Assembly (NCBI RefSeq): GCF_000315625.1
Contig: NW_005434659.1
Coordinates: 91,557 to 155,556 of the forward strand
Reading direction: 5' to 3'
Length of the DNA stretch: 64,000 bases
Source: Guillardia theta CCMP2712
Lineage: Eukaryota; Protista; Cryptophyta
The notes below the pieces were generated by a model. That model was not told where the DNA came from. It worked only from the letters and a program-made list of their open reading frames with translations, and searched no databases. Positions 38,347 to 49,760 of this stretch are shown in pieces; the first letter of the stretch is position 1, and each line of letters begins with the position of its first letter. Both the position numbers and the translations under genes were made by a program.

Positions 38347-41300
38347 ATGGGGATGGGTACTGAGACTTTCAACCTGCAGATGGACTTGGGAGCGCTGTCG
38401 CAGCTGATGGGGAAGGTGTCGAACGAGGGGAGGGAGAGGATTGTCGAGACGGCTGAGCTCAAGTCAAGTTTCGTCGATCCCAAGGCCATCTCAGGTGGGA
38501 TGGGAGAGGAGCGGGAAAGAGGATGACGTTGCGTGCAGGTCGAGGGCTCATGGGCCTTGTACACAGGGAGGCAGAGGACGTGGAGAGCTTGCAGAGAGAG
38601 ATCAGCTTCCTTGCGAGCGAGGAGATGGGAAAGAGGAGGGCGGCCCTTGGTAGGATCAGCCTGCTAGTGCGCAATGACGACACGCCGCTTGTTGTGCTAG
38701 ACAAGGTCTGGAAAGAGTTGTCGATCGAGCTGATCAAACTCATGGCGGATCCTGTTGAGAGGATCCGTGATATGGCGATGCGATGTCTGCTCTCCTTCCT
38801 GGACAAGGTCACCTCGGTCTCCAGCGTGCTTCCTATCGTCATCCCGTGCATGGTGTACAGAGTCGCAACATCGCCTGCTGAGGAGAGCTCGGAGGAGATC
38901 CGGCTCCTCCTCGTCCTCATCCTTGGACGTCTAGTGGCTCTTTGCCCCAAGGTGGTCGGGCAGTACATGGACGCGATTCACTCCATCCTCCATGCCTCCC
39001 TCCAGGTCAGACTGCCTTCCTCCTTGAATTGCCTGTCGGCCACCACCACCTCCTCCTCCTCCTCTCGCTCCTCCTCCTCTCACTTCTTCTTCTCGCTCCT
39101 CCTCTTCTTTCTCCCCTTCTTCCTCCTCCTCCTTCTCCTCCACCACCACCACCTCTTTTCCTCCTCCTCCTCCTCCTCCTCCTCCTCCTCCTCCTCCTCC
39201 TCCTCCTCCTCCTCTTCGACTTCCTCCTTCCATCACCTCCCCTTCCTCCTTGTCCCTTTCATTCCCTCGTCTCTCCTCTTCTGAATTCTCCTCAGGACTC
39301 CCATCCAGCGGTCAGGAAGGAAGCCTGCAGCATTCTCGTCTCCCTCTGCAGCTGTCAGAAGGAGAGCATGAAGATGGTGGTGAGGTACGAGGAGACGAGG
39401 GCTGGAGCAGAGCCACGCTACAGGTACGGGGAGCTCATAGATAGCCTCAAGAGCACGCTCAGGCACAAACACTCGTCTGTGAGGAAAGTTGCAGTGACTG
39501 CCCTCGGCTCCCTCCTGCTCGTGGGGGACAAGAACGTAACGCTGGTGGAGGACCTGGTGGCCTGGCAGCTACCCAACGTCATTCCAGTCTGGCAGTTCTT
39601 CTCCGGGGGAGTGTGGGAGGAGGGGAAACTTGTGAAGCCCGAGGAGCGGCAGCCCCGCCACAACTTCCTCGCCCTCCTCGCAAGTGACCCGAGCGCCAAA
39701 GTCAGGGAGAACTTCATCTCCGTGCTCATCGACTGGATGACGCGGCTCAACGATCGCTGGGACCACGAGAGTCGGCTCCTCCCCTACCTCCTCAATGGGC
39801 TCTGCGATCCGTGCCCTCCTCTCCGCATGGCGACCTTCGAGGCGATGGAGCGGCTGGGGGAGACGCACGAGAACGAGAGGGAGAACAACGAGCGAGACAA
39901 GCAGGAGCTGCGAGACTTCCTTGAGTACGGGCACAAGACCCCGTCGGAGCAGAACGCGACGGAGAGGTGGAGGAGCTGCAAGCACGAGCCTCCCTTCACC
40001 AGGAGGCCGCGGCTGGGAGCGCGCATGGTGGTCAGGAACAACTTCAGGAGGCTGTGCCCGACGCTGGTGCGGGAGCTCAACGACTGGCAGCCCAAGACGA
40101 GGAGCATGGCAGCGCAGCTGCTGTACTACCTCGTCCTCTACACTGAGTACTGGGTGACCAACGACGTTCGGGCAATGGTCGAGTCCTTCACCAAGTGCTG
40201 CTTCCGCTCCCTGGCAGAGATGGAGGAGGGAGACCCGGAGGCGAGGCTGCTGCTTCGCCAAATCCTCCTGTGCGCGCGGACCGTCGGGGAGTTCATCGAC
40301 CCCTCCGTCTACATGCCGCTCCTGCTCCCGACGGTTAGAGGAGAGACTGACCTGGACGTCCACCGACGTTGCGCTGCTGTGGAAATCCTGCGGGCCATGT
40401 GCGAGGGTTGCTCCTCCTCCTGGCTCGTGCCCCACGTGTCGACCATGATCGCCGCCCTCGACTGCTCCTCGATCTCCGAGTCGCGTGACCCTCGCCTGTC
40501 CTCTCAGCTCGTTCGCTGCTCGCAGCAGCTTGCTGAGTCTTGCGGGGAGAAGCTGGACGAGGAGTCGAGGAGGCAGATGACGCAGATCGTGGTGTCTGTG
40601 CAGGTGAGGAGGGAGGGGGGGGGAGAGGGCGGTAAGGGGAGGATGACGATGATGAGAGGGGGAGGGAGAGAGGAGGAGGTTGTCTTCACTCGTTCACGCT
40701 CCTTGGCAGGTGAAGGCCTGGTGCTTCGGGCAGAAGCAGGTCACCGACTTCCCTGCGAGCTCTGAGGAGCTGGACAAGTACGCGAGGGACTGGAGGAGCG
40801 TGCAGTTCTCCTGCCATCAAGCTCTGCGGGCGATCGCGAGCACGGCCTGCTCCTCCATCAGCTCCCTCCTCTCCGACCACTTCTCCTCTTTCCTCGAGAC
40901 CCTGATGCCCGGGCTCACCAGGCTGAGCTGCCTGCACGAGCTCGCCCTGCTCGAAGTCCTCTACCGCCAGCTGGACGAGGAGGACGTCTCCCAGCCGCTC
41001 CTCCAGCTCCTCCTTGCTGAGCTCGTCCGCCTCGTGCAGCTTCCCAGCTCCTCCTCTCCCAGCTCCTCCTCCTCCTCCTCCTTCCTCCTTGAGTGCATTA
41101 TCTTCGTGAACTTCGTCGTCCAAGACCCTTCCCTCCCCTTCCCTCCGCAGCTCTTCAAGCAGCTCTTCCTCGCCCTCCTCAGGGTGGCTCTGTGGGCGAG
41201 GCAGACGACGAGCGCTGAAAGGGGAGAGGAGCAGGAGGGTGAGGAGCAAGCCGAGAGGAAGAAGGTGGAAGATGAACGAGCGGAGCGAGCCTTGCTCTGT

Positions 41301-42106
41301 CAGACAGCGTTGGAAGCCGCTTACATGGCGAGCGCGGGGGAGCAGGCGGAGGTTCTGTTCGAAGAGGAGGCGATGAAGCTGGTGGGTGATACTCTGTGCG
41401 CAATGATGGAGGAGGAGAACGCCAAGACACGCGAGCTGGCGTGTTATCTCACTCAGAATGTGATGATAGCTACGAAGAATCAACGTGACATGTTGGAGTT
41501 TGAGGAGGAGATGAGGAAACAGCTGTTGTTGAGGATGGACGATAGTGCAGACGCGGTGCAGCAGGCATCTTTCCAGGCGATGGAAAGTTTGTTGGAGAAG
41601 AGAGCGAATTCCGGTGAGAAAGGTGTTGTGAATGGTGATGATGCTGACAGTGGAAATGATTGTCATTACTACTATTTGTCCTGGTTGTTGATGATGACGA
41701 CGATGACGATAATGATTATGATGTTGTTGCTGTGGTTGCTGAGGTGATGTTAGCCGGTCCACTGTGTCTGAAACTTTCGCAGGTGGGATTGAAGGGCATG
41801 TCGTCGAGACGATCAAGAAGAAAATCTCGCAAACTCTCGAAGAACCTCAAGTTTCAGATGACATCGCAGAAATCTGCAGACGTTTGATGGAAATCTGCCA
41901 ATAAACCATTTCTAATGATGTTTGCCGAAAACTGGTTTTGTGAACCTCACATGTTAGGCGCCAAGAAAATTGTTCTGTCATTGCTCCTTCTCCAACATCC
42001 CCCGCATCAATCTGTGATACATTCATTGCATACATGTACAATCTTTGAGGTGAGAAGGTCAAAGAAAGGGAGGAAAGATCCACAAATTGCCAATGAGAAT
42101 GATTAG
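38347..42106 (+). CDS. DNAAF5: Dynein axonemal assembly factor 5 (HEATR2)-like HEAT-repeat protein
   Basis: LQREISFL....GKRRAAL, LMADPVERIRD, EESSEEIRLLLV, LQDSHPAVRKEAC, LRHKHSSVRK, SRLLPYLLNGLCD, PPFTRRPRLGARMVVRNNF....LVRELNDW..KTR..AAQLL, LLLRMDDS.DAV. The 3' end is approximate. Confidence 0.85.
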
Positions 42107-42308
42107 ACATGAACGAGCTTCTCGACCCGATGCGTCAGGCCCATGCCATGTTGACCTCTGACCTTTGAGTAGAATCTCCTGATACCTGGCAAGAGATGAG
42201 CTGAGAAACGTCACAATGAGGAAGAACAACATCGCGGGTTGAGTTCTTCAGCTTCTGCTGAATCTCCGAGGTGAAGACGCAGGTGAAGAAGCCCTGCCGT
42301 CAGCCGCG

Positions 42309-43996
42309 TCAAACTCGCAGTTCTTCGTCACCCACTCCTACATCTCTGTCGCGATCGAATAGCCTTTTGAGCCTCGACGTCCTCAAGGTCATCGGGACCC
42401 CCTCGAAGTCCGAGTGAACAGAGTTGGCAGCTCGCTGAGAGGTCGGGTCAGCGAATATCGACGCCCCTCCTCCGCCTTCGCGTGCACCTGACGGGAGGAT
42501 GCCGGGGGAGGAAAGATGCCATGCTTGCGCAGCTCTAGAGTGACTGGATCGAGGTCCTGGTCTTGATAACCTTCTTGGCTCGCAACCAGAGAGTCTGCGG
42601 GCAACATCGACTTCATAACAGAGAATCTCAAGCCGTTGCTTCCTACCTCCGCTGTTGTCAGAAGCCTGTTGCAATCCTGCTTGAGGGGATTGCTCGGTCC
42701 TATCAAGGGAGTCCAAAGTCATACCAACAGGAGGAAACAGCAGGGGAGCATGCATGTGGCATGTCACTTACTTGTCAGGAGAGTTTCCAGCAGAACGGGG
42801 GATGGAAGCAAGAAGCGCTGAGTCGTAGAGCGCAAGCTCAAACCTGGAGAACCTCCCAGTGCGATAGCAGTGCTAATGTTGAAGTGAGGCAGAAATCTCT
42901 GAAAAGACAAGGAAATACTTCAAGCTGCTTGGGATCATTATCCCACACTACCTTACACATCATCTGCCGGGAAGTTAGAGCATGCAGAGCAGTACAGACA
43001 AAAGTCTACTCCGTTGTTCAACACTTTGCTGATGGTCCCGATTCCTCCACCGGAGATGTTGTGGAACCTGCCAGCAGTTCAATGAAACTTGATCCGTCGG
43101 TTCCTTCCTCACTGTTCGTCGAACGCCTTGGAGCCCTCCTTGGTGAGGATGACTCGCATCCCCTTTCTTGCCTTGATCGGCCCTCCGATCGACAGCGGAT
43201 GATGAGGTGGGGGACTTTGGACGAGTGACATTGGCATGAACTCAAGCCGCCTGTGTGAGATGCCGTTGGTCGAGAAGTCCGTTCGCAACACAACCGTCTC
43301 TGCATGCTGGCAGTAGTATGACGATGGATATGAAGCAGAGCTTTTGTTGTACTTCTGAGCTTCACTTCTCTGCTTTGAGTTCCTAGAGGCCTTCGCCTTC
43401 TCGTTCGTGCTTTCTTGCCCATGAAACCCATTTGAGATGCTCTGTCCTGCCACAGGCCTCTCGTCCCCGGGCGGCGAGTATGTTTCTGCCGCAAATGAGT
43501 CGGACAATGACAAGAGAGGATGGTGGAGAGAAACGTTCAGCCCATTTTCTCCATTGGCCTCGTTGATATGACCGCGAGTCAACGATTTCGTGGCCAATGA
43601 ACCTTCTAGCGCATTGACATGCGATGCAGGTGCTCCGTTGCCGTTAAAAGCTATCCTGGAGAAGGAAGGAGGAGGAAGTGCCTGTCGTTGGTGATTGTGA
43701 TCTGAGGTGTTGTATTGAGGCGAATCGGGGGGGATGCATTGTGGGGAAGCGGGTGGCGGAGACGATGAAATGGGTTCAGGTGGAGGTGGAGAAGAGCGGG
43801 TGTTCATTTGAGAAGATGATGTAGACTGTGTTGAGAACCTCAGAACCTGCAAGATGGGAGACATGGCTCTTCTCTTCGATGAAGATGCTGAGAGAGGCGT
43901 TGCTCCTCCTGCTCCCGTTCCCTCCCATCCTGCCTTTGCTGTAGCCGACGATGTCGGCACACTTGCTTGGGACGGATCAGATGATGGCTCCCGCAC
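42309..43996 (-). CDS. Multi-exon hypothetical protein with a Pro/Ser-rich N-terminus
   Basis: ORF 43109..43996 plus downstream exons (42309..42767, 42389..42706) and an upstream GGGT-rich tract. No confident domain. Confidence 0.5.
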
Positions 43997-44628
43997 TAGA
44001 GCTGGATCGTCAGGGACTTGAACGGTGGATCAGCAGCAGCAGCAGCAGGAGGCGGAGGAGGAGGTTCGGGAAGCTTCCTGCTCCAGCGCCAGCATCGGCA
44101 TCGCGCCATTGCTGCGAGAGCTCACCGTGAAGATGAAAGGGTGGTCGAGGGAGGGGTGGTCTCTCAAAACTGGAGGGAGGGGGTAGTATATTATGACAAC
44201 CCAGGGTGGTTCGGAGATCGGAGCCCCAGAATGAGGGCTCGGAGGTAGGGTCCTTTCCGGGTAGGGGATAGGGGTGGTGAAATCCAAGGTACATAGAATG
44301 CTTTTTTATTCCGAAGTTCAGTGTTCTGGCCGCCCGGCAGCGGCTGAGCGGCGGCTCGGCCCCGGCGTCGGACCGCCGACATCCGGGGCCAGGACTGTTT
44401 GAGCCAGATCCGAGCCTTGAAGTTGGTTCTCGCTGTCACAGGCTTACTGTGCTTTATCGGCGCACCCTTGATTACCGAATTGCAGTCATTCCCATCGTGC
44501 AGCTGGGATGGCCAATAGAGACCAGGAAACCCGTACCCCCTTTCATGTATCATCGGCTGATAACCGAATTCCAGAACATCTACATCTATCTCTGCAAGAT
44601 TTTTTGGTGGGATTGAAAGATCAACAAT

Positions 44629-45317
44629 GTGCGCTGGATGGAAGCTGTCACTGTCAATCGATTTCTGAGAAGAGACCCTCGGCAATTTCCAACTATTTTG
44701 TCAGATTGCCTGCTTGGTGTCAGAAATCTTCCAATCGAGTTAAGAAAGAAGGTATTTGAATTCTCTATCTGCAACAGTGACCTCCGTGGCGCAAAAATTG
44801 AGGTAAAAAAGTTGGGTGGTCCAGGAGGCGCTCAGATGAATGAGGTGCTCTATACTACCCGAGACACCAACATCCACAACGCGTTCGTTGCATGTATGTG
44901 TGCACAGCTCAATACGGGCGTGGAAAGAAGTGTTTTTCTCGTGGATTATTTCACACTGTATAGAATGCTTCCCAGACGCACCGGTGAAATACCCATGGAT
45001 GCGAAAGAGTGCTTCAAGAACATGTTTTGTGTTTACCTTGCCAAAAGCGCCACATTGAAGTTGCGATTTGGCAGAGATTGGTACGGTCGACAATCAACGA
45101 GAGCGACCAAGAGCCCAATGTCATGGCAGAGGTGGAAATGCTTCGAATGGTCAGCAGGGCAACACGAGCAGAAGACAGACGATACATGGAACAAATGGGA
45201 AACATGCGCCAAAACTTTCCGTTGCAGGAGCCCAACACATTTTCCGCAGAGTACCTCAACATCAACACCATCGTTTCTCGCATGCTTATTTTGCTGCAGA
45301 ACGGGACATTTGCTTGA
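44629..45317 (+). CDS. Orphan protein with an F-box-like N-terminal motif (one predicted intron, about 45031-45074)
   Basis: LGVRNLPIELRKKVFEF resembles the F-box core. A 44-nt GT..CAG intron joins KNMFC to RLVRSTINESDQEPNVMAEVEMLR..LLQNGTFA*. The unspliced ORF would end at 45423. Confidence 0.5.
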
Positions 45318-45354
45318 AAAACCATGCATCTTTATGAAATGCAATAAACTCCCT

Positions 45355-45675
45355 TCAACTCAACAAAATGTCTATGGTATCTATGATCTCATGCAAGCTG
45401 TCCCATTCATCTTTTTGCAATAGCATCATCAGTATGTTTTGACAAGACATCTTCATCCTTTCCAAAAAGGTCTTGACTTCGTATTCTGACATTCCTTTGC
45501 ACAGGGAATCAAAATCCATCAGGCTGTTCTTTATCTGCTGAAAAAAGACCAATACGCGATTGTTGGTATGCTCGTCTGTTCCATACAGAATATGTTGGCG
45601 CAACTCCAAACACCCTACACCCACGTAAACCTCGAGGTCTTTCAGGTTGATGCGATATTGGGCACTCCGTGGCAT
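45355..45675 (-). CDS. Small intronless helical orphan protein (about 106 aa)
   Basis: Uninterrupted ORF with normal globular composition and an amphipathic pattern (RVLVFFQQIKNSLMDFDSL, WDSLHEIIDTIDILLS). Confidence 0.5.
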   Translation of the reverse strand: MPRSAQYRINLKDLEVYVGVGCLELRQHILYGTDEHTNNRVLVFFQQIKNSLMDFDSLCKGMSEYEVKTFLERMKMSCQNILMMLLQKDEWDSLHEIIDTIDILLS

Positions 45676-45729
45676 TTTGCTTCATGTCTGCCCAGACATA
45701 GCATTTATACACACAGGTTCGGGGACAGT

Positions 45730-45875
45730 TGAATTTGGCTAGTAAATTCTCAGATGATTTTCAGCCGATTTTGCATTGAATCTGGCTAGTAATTTTTAGA
45801 TGATTTTCAGCCCGGCGATTTCGCATTGAATCTGGCTTCTTAAAACTTGAAAGGCTGAGTTAAAAACTTGAAATC
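45730..45875. repeat. Degenerate tandem repeat of about 48-51 bp (tgaatYtggctagtaa..agatgattttcagcc..gattt.gcat), about 2.3 copies, plus a duplicated aaaacttgaaa
   Basis: Visible direct repeats in the AT-rich spacer between divergent orphan ORFs. Confidence 0.75.
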
Positions 45876-46224
45876 AGTAAGAGGACAATCATACTACTAC
45901 TGGGCCGCCGCGGGGGATACGGACTTGAGTAAAGAAAAGACTTGAGCACCGTACTGTCAGTATCACTTAGTGACTGATTTTTAACTTAACTTTGAGTAAA
46001 GTGAGCTCAGTACAAAAGTTTCAAAATTGTTTGCAGCATGCCTGCGTGCAGATTACCCCACCCCCCTTCATCCATGACCAAGTCACCCCCACCTCCTCAA
46101 GATCCTGATTTCACCCACCCATTGGTTCCTTTGAAATCAACCCCCTACCCCCTCTGTCTCCCCCCGTCCCAGCCCCTATCCCTTCATAAGGCCAGCCCTT
46201 CGAGGCAGGGAGCATACTCCTACG

Positions 46225-47322
46225 ATGTTGCACATGCGCGTCCTCCCCGTCGCCTCCCAGGTCGCCTCCCTCTTCCCCGTGCCCGACCCGGCCTCTCTTC
46301 CTCCGACATCATCGGTGGCGGTCTCCTCTCCGGCCCTCCTTACCCTGACCACGTTGTCTACCCGGACCCCAGCCGTCCAGACTACGGCTGAGGGAGTGGA
46401 GTCGTTAGATGGACTCCTGAGCGAGGTCGACTATGGCAACAGAGAGACGGAAGCGCTACTTGAAAGCGGCAACTCAAAGGACACGGCTCCCTCCCACCAC
46501 GAGACGCCATTGCAAGCCACTGTCAGTCAAGGGCTGAGCCAGCTCGGCATCCCCGGCGGCTCGGCTACTTGCATGCAAGGGTCCTTCTTCCTGCATCCTG
46601 AGCTGGGCTCAGCCGAGGAGTACATTAACGGGACGAACATTATTCCGACGCCCGAAGAGCTGACGGGGATATCGAGCAACGCTGACGACAGCTTCTTGAA
46701 AGACACTAACTACGTGGAGGACGTGGCTATCCCTTTCCTCCCATCCGGCTATGTCATCATCACCCGGGACACACCAGAGTTCACGTTATTCTATGCTAAC
46801 AAGCCGAAGCTCGAGCATGCCTTCCTCAAAGCTGCTCGTCTCCATGGTGCGAGGCTGGTCTGCTCTGAGATACTCTCGGGCTCCTTCTCGGCCCTGCTCC
46901 CTACCATTTCTGATGAGAGGTGGACTTTATACCAGCGCGCCCACAGCTACTTCAAGCTCGAGCAGCTCTACATTCCCCTCTCCTCTTCCAACGTCCACGA
47001 CTGTCTCAACGATATCATGCGACATGCCAAGACCATCCAGCAAGACAACACCCGCAGGGCTCACAAGCAACCCCGGGAGGACCAGAGCAACCACCTCAGC
47101 AACGCGCTGCAGCAGGCAAGCCTCACAACCGCCAGGGTCAGCTTGCGAGGCGACAGCTACCAAAACGACTACCTGGGGTCCGTCGAGCGCGATCCGACGA
47201 CAGGCAGATCCGAGCTGAGGCTGGTCTTCAACCAGCTGGCCGTGGACAAGTACAAGCAGGTTCAAGAGAAGGCCAAAGTCCGGACGGCGAACGCACGGAA
47301 TCAAAGCGAGAGTAGGCAGTAG
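46225..47322 (+). CDS. Intronless orphan protein (365 aa) with a low-complexity N-terminus and a globular C-terminal half
   Basis: Long ORF with C/G-ending codon bias, preceded by an ACCCC-rich tract (46050-46200). Confidence 0.7.
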   Translation: MLHMRVLPVASQVASLFPVPDPASLPPTSSVAVSSPALLTLTTLSTRTPAVQTTAEGVESLDGLLSEVDYGNRETEALLESGNSKDTAPSHHETPLQATVSQGLSQLGIPGGSATCMQGSFFLHPELGSAEEYINGTNIIPTPEELTGISSNADDSFLKDTNYVEDVAIPFLPSGYVIITRDTPEFTLFYANKPKLEHAFLKAARLHGARLVCSEILSGSFSALLPTISDERWTLYQRAHSYFKLEQLYIPLSSSNVHDCLNDIMRHAKTIQQDNTRRAHKQPREDQSNHLSNALQQASLTTARVSLRGDSYQNDYLGSVERDPTTGRSELRLVFNQLAVDKYKQVQEKAKVRTANARNQSESRQ

Positions 47323-47511
47323 CGCAGACATGGCAGCAAGAAGGTTGATCTCTAGAATGTTCTTCTTTGATTGTTCTATCAGAATACACGTTGAGTAACA
47401 ACCATTAACTGCTGATATCCTCGCGTCTCTCTGATTTCATCTCTTTGCTTCCCAATGCAACTGCGAGTCACATAACAATCTGCAATCGCATGGTGTAAAT
47501 GCCCCATGCAC

Positions 47512-49503
47512 TTAGATTGTAATGGACTCAATCAGATTGCCCTTGCGTTTTGCATCTCGGTAGATATCATGCAGCACATGCACAACTTTCATTGTGCTGG
47601 AACTGCCCAAGATAACAAGTCTTTCTCTTGCACGACTGATTGCGACACAAAGACGGTTTGGGCTCTTGATGAAACCGACTGATTGACTGAAGTTGCAGCG
47701 GACACAGCTGAGAATCACTGTGTCCGCTTCGCTGCCTTGTGCTGAATCCACTGTGACGATGCGAAAGTTGTCAACAAAACATTTTGTCGACTTGTTGTAG
47801 AGACCGGTCATCTCCGCAACATTCAGGAGGCGTGAAAATTGTTCTTTGTAGAAAGTAATGATCATGACGCTGTTAGTCTTGATGTAATTTCGAAAATCTT
47901 GCTCCAACATGGTAGAAGTCAACTCGTCTACTTCATGTTGATTGTACTTGCTCGATTTGCCATCCTCGCCTTGGTTGTGATCACACCATTCCACGCGGCC
48001 GTCCTTGCGATCGATATTGCTCCATGTGACGAGCTTTTTGTTGTAGAACGCCTTTGACACGACATCACAGATGTTTTTGTGCATGCGGTATTGAGTTTTG
48101 AGCATGGGAAAGGTCAGCATCTTTGCAAGCCTGTGGAAGAAGCTGTTTCCATTGCCTGTGTAGCTGAAAGGGGTCAGCTGCTTTTGATCACCAATTGCAA
48201 TGACTGACTCTATCGTATGAGAGACTATCAGTGCTGGCATCTTGAACTCTGGGACAACACCAGCCTCATCGATCACCAAGACACAACGCTTGCCTTGTCG
48301 GATATTCTGAACAGAATCCACAGTGCTCACAAAGATATTCCTTGTTGAAAGGATCTCCTGATAGACTTGGTTGCACGTTTCTTTAAGTTGCTTTCTTTGC
48401 CATAGGACCTGGGCGTGATAACTATGATCTTCGTTTCTGAGAAGGCAATACTTGGAATTGATGTAAAGATCCCATGCCAAGCTCCATTTGCTTGTTGTCT
48501 TGCAGATACTCTTTTTTTGATGAAATCTTTGATGGAGCAGGGTACTTATCTTGTCAAGCCTGTTGAGTTCCTTCAAGCATGAGAGGTATTGCTCGCTTGA
48601 CTCGATGAGGCCGTAGAATGTGTACTTCTTGCAATTTGTGTTTAGCCTCGAGTCATTTCCCACCACGACGAATTTCAGATCAGCGTCTACCGAGAGCTTG
48701 TCAACAATAGACTCCAGCGCCTTGTTCTGCACACATACCACGAGGCAATTCATACCAAGGGGGACGCAACCCTTGACGATGTGGTAGATGGTCGTGGACT
48801 TCCCCGTCCCTGGAGGCCCCTGGATTCCCTCTACGTTGGTCTTCATGTGTTGGATAGCCGCCAGCTGCTCGCCATTGATGGGCACCAGACTTGTGTCGAC
48901 CCTTCCTGCATATTGAAAGATTTGTCTGTTGCTGGAGTTGATCATGGAACTGATCATCCCCGATGGCACAGAATTTCCCTGAATCATGTAGATCCAGTAG
49001 AGATCCATGATGTATGGCTTGAAGTAGCCGACAAGATGTACACTGTTTGAATACTGAAGGTCATCATCGTACCTGGAGAGTTGGATCCCATACTGCAAGA
49101 AGTATCCTTCGCTGTGGCGGCGCAAGAGGCACCAGGAATCGTTGACTAAGAAGATGTTGTTGAGATACTGATCCAGGTCCAGTTGCTGTCCGTCTTTGTC
49201 AAGCAGATCGAGTACTGAATTTTCATCCCGAATCATTTGCATCACCGGCAGCCTTCGGTCCCTCCAGCCAGGAAAAGTATTCTTGAAGGTGTTTTCAAAA
49301 AGAGACCAGATCTCTGCCGAGACATTCTGAGAGCAAGCTTCGAGGTACTGACTCACGTTCATGCGACTGTGAATCTCGACTGTTGAGGTTTTGCAAGGGA
49401 ACAAGATCTTTTTGGTCGCGGATTGCATGACATCAGAGTCGATGTCCCTTTCGACTAGTTCGAGGTCAAGCAAGAAGCGAGCTGAGAAGCATCTTGTAGG
49501 CAT
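47512..49503 (-). CDS. Superfamily-1 Upf1/DNA2/NAM7-like helicase, intronless (about 663 aa)
   Basis: NGEQLAAI (Q motif), IQGPPGTGKST, VQNKALE, VIDEAG, IGDQKQLTP, SFFHRL, LKTQYRMH..I, IITFYKEQ, TVDSAQGSEAD, NRLCVAISRAR. Confidence 0.93.
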   Translation of the reverse strand: MPTRCFSARFLLDLELVERDIDSDVMQSATKKILFPCKTSTVEIHSRMNVSQYLEACSQNVSAEIWSLFENTFKNTFPGWRDRRLPVMQMIRDENSVLDLLDKDGQQLDLDQYLNNIFLVNDSWCLLRRHSEGYFLQYGIQLSRYDDDLQYSNSVHLVGYFKPYIMDLYWIYMIQGNSVPSGMISSMINSSNRQIFQYAGRVDTSLVPINGEQLAAIQHMKTNVEGIQGPPGTGKSTTIYHIVKGCVPLGMNCLVVCVQNKALESIVDKLSVDADLKFVVVGNDSRLNTNCKKYTFYGLIESSEQYLSCLKELNRLDKISTLLHQRFHQKKSICKTTSKWSLAWDLYINSKYCLLRNEDHSYHAQVLWQRKQLKETCNQVYQEILSTRNIFVSTVDSVQNIRQGKRCVLVIDEAGVVPEFKMPALIVSHTIESVIAIGDQKQLTPFSYTGNGNSFFHRLAKMLTFPMLKTQYRMHKNICDVVSKAFYNKKLVTWSNIDRKDGRVEWCDHNQGEDGKSSKYNQHEVDELTSTMLEQDFRNYIKTNSVMIITFYKEQFSRLLNVAEMTGLYNKSTKCFVDNFRIVTVDSAQGSEADTVILSCVRCNFSQSVGFIKSPNRLCVAISRARERLVILGSSSTMKVVHVLHDIYRDAKRKGNLIESITI

Positions 49504-49760
49504 GGCTGCAGGACTGAGCTGGCGGGGGAGACGAGGGAGGAGGTATGGTGGACAACAACACAAGCGCTGCTGTCGATAACCCACCCTACCCTCCATTCTC
49601 AGTGATCCCTCATATCTTGACCGCTAGTAGGCTATGGACCCCTCCAATCCCCCTTTTTCGGTGTACCGACTGTGATGTTCATATAGAAGGCATTCGGTAC
49701 CCCACCCCCCTCCCTGAGATCCTCGCAGAGGATTTGCTCAACCCTCGGCGAAGTGAGACG
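49504..49760. promoter_or_regulatory. Candidate bidirectional promoter between the two helicase genes
   Basis: 257-bp spacer between divergent ATGs, containing ACCC/TACCC tracts like those upstream of other genes in the window. Confidence 0.5.

Noticed and set aside
39569-41816. Long antisense ORFs (288 aa and 376 aa) opposite DNAAF5, and similar ones opposite PAP and ZNFX1
   Set aside because: They are shadow ORFs expected from GC-rich codon bias and contain no motifs.
33539-42106. Split eEF3, with the HEAT domain supplied by the nearby HEAT-repeat gene
   Set aside because: The HEAT gene carries DNAAF5/HEATR2-specific motifs, and the PAP gene lies between them on the opposite strand.
44629-49503. 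Helitron or Polinton/virophage element
   Set aside because: The helicase is Upf1/DNA2-type rather than Pif1-type. No HUH-Rep, integrase, polB, capsid, terminal inverted repeats or target-site duplication is visible.
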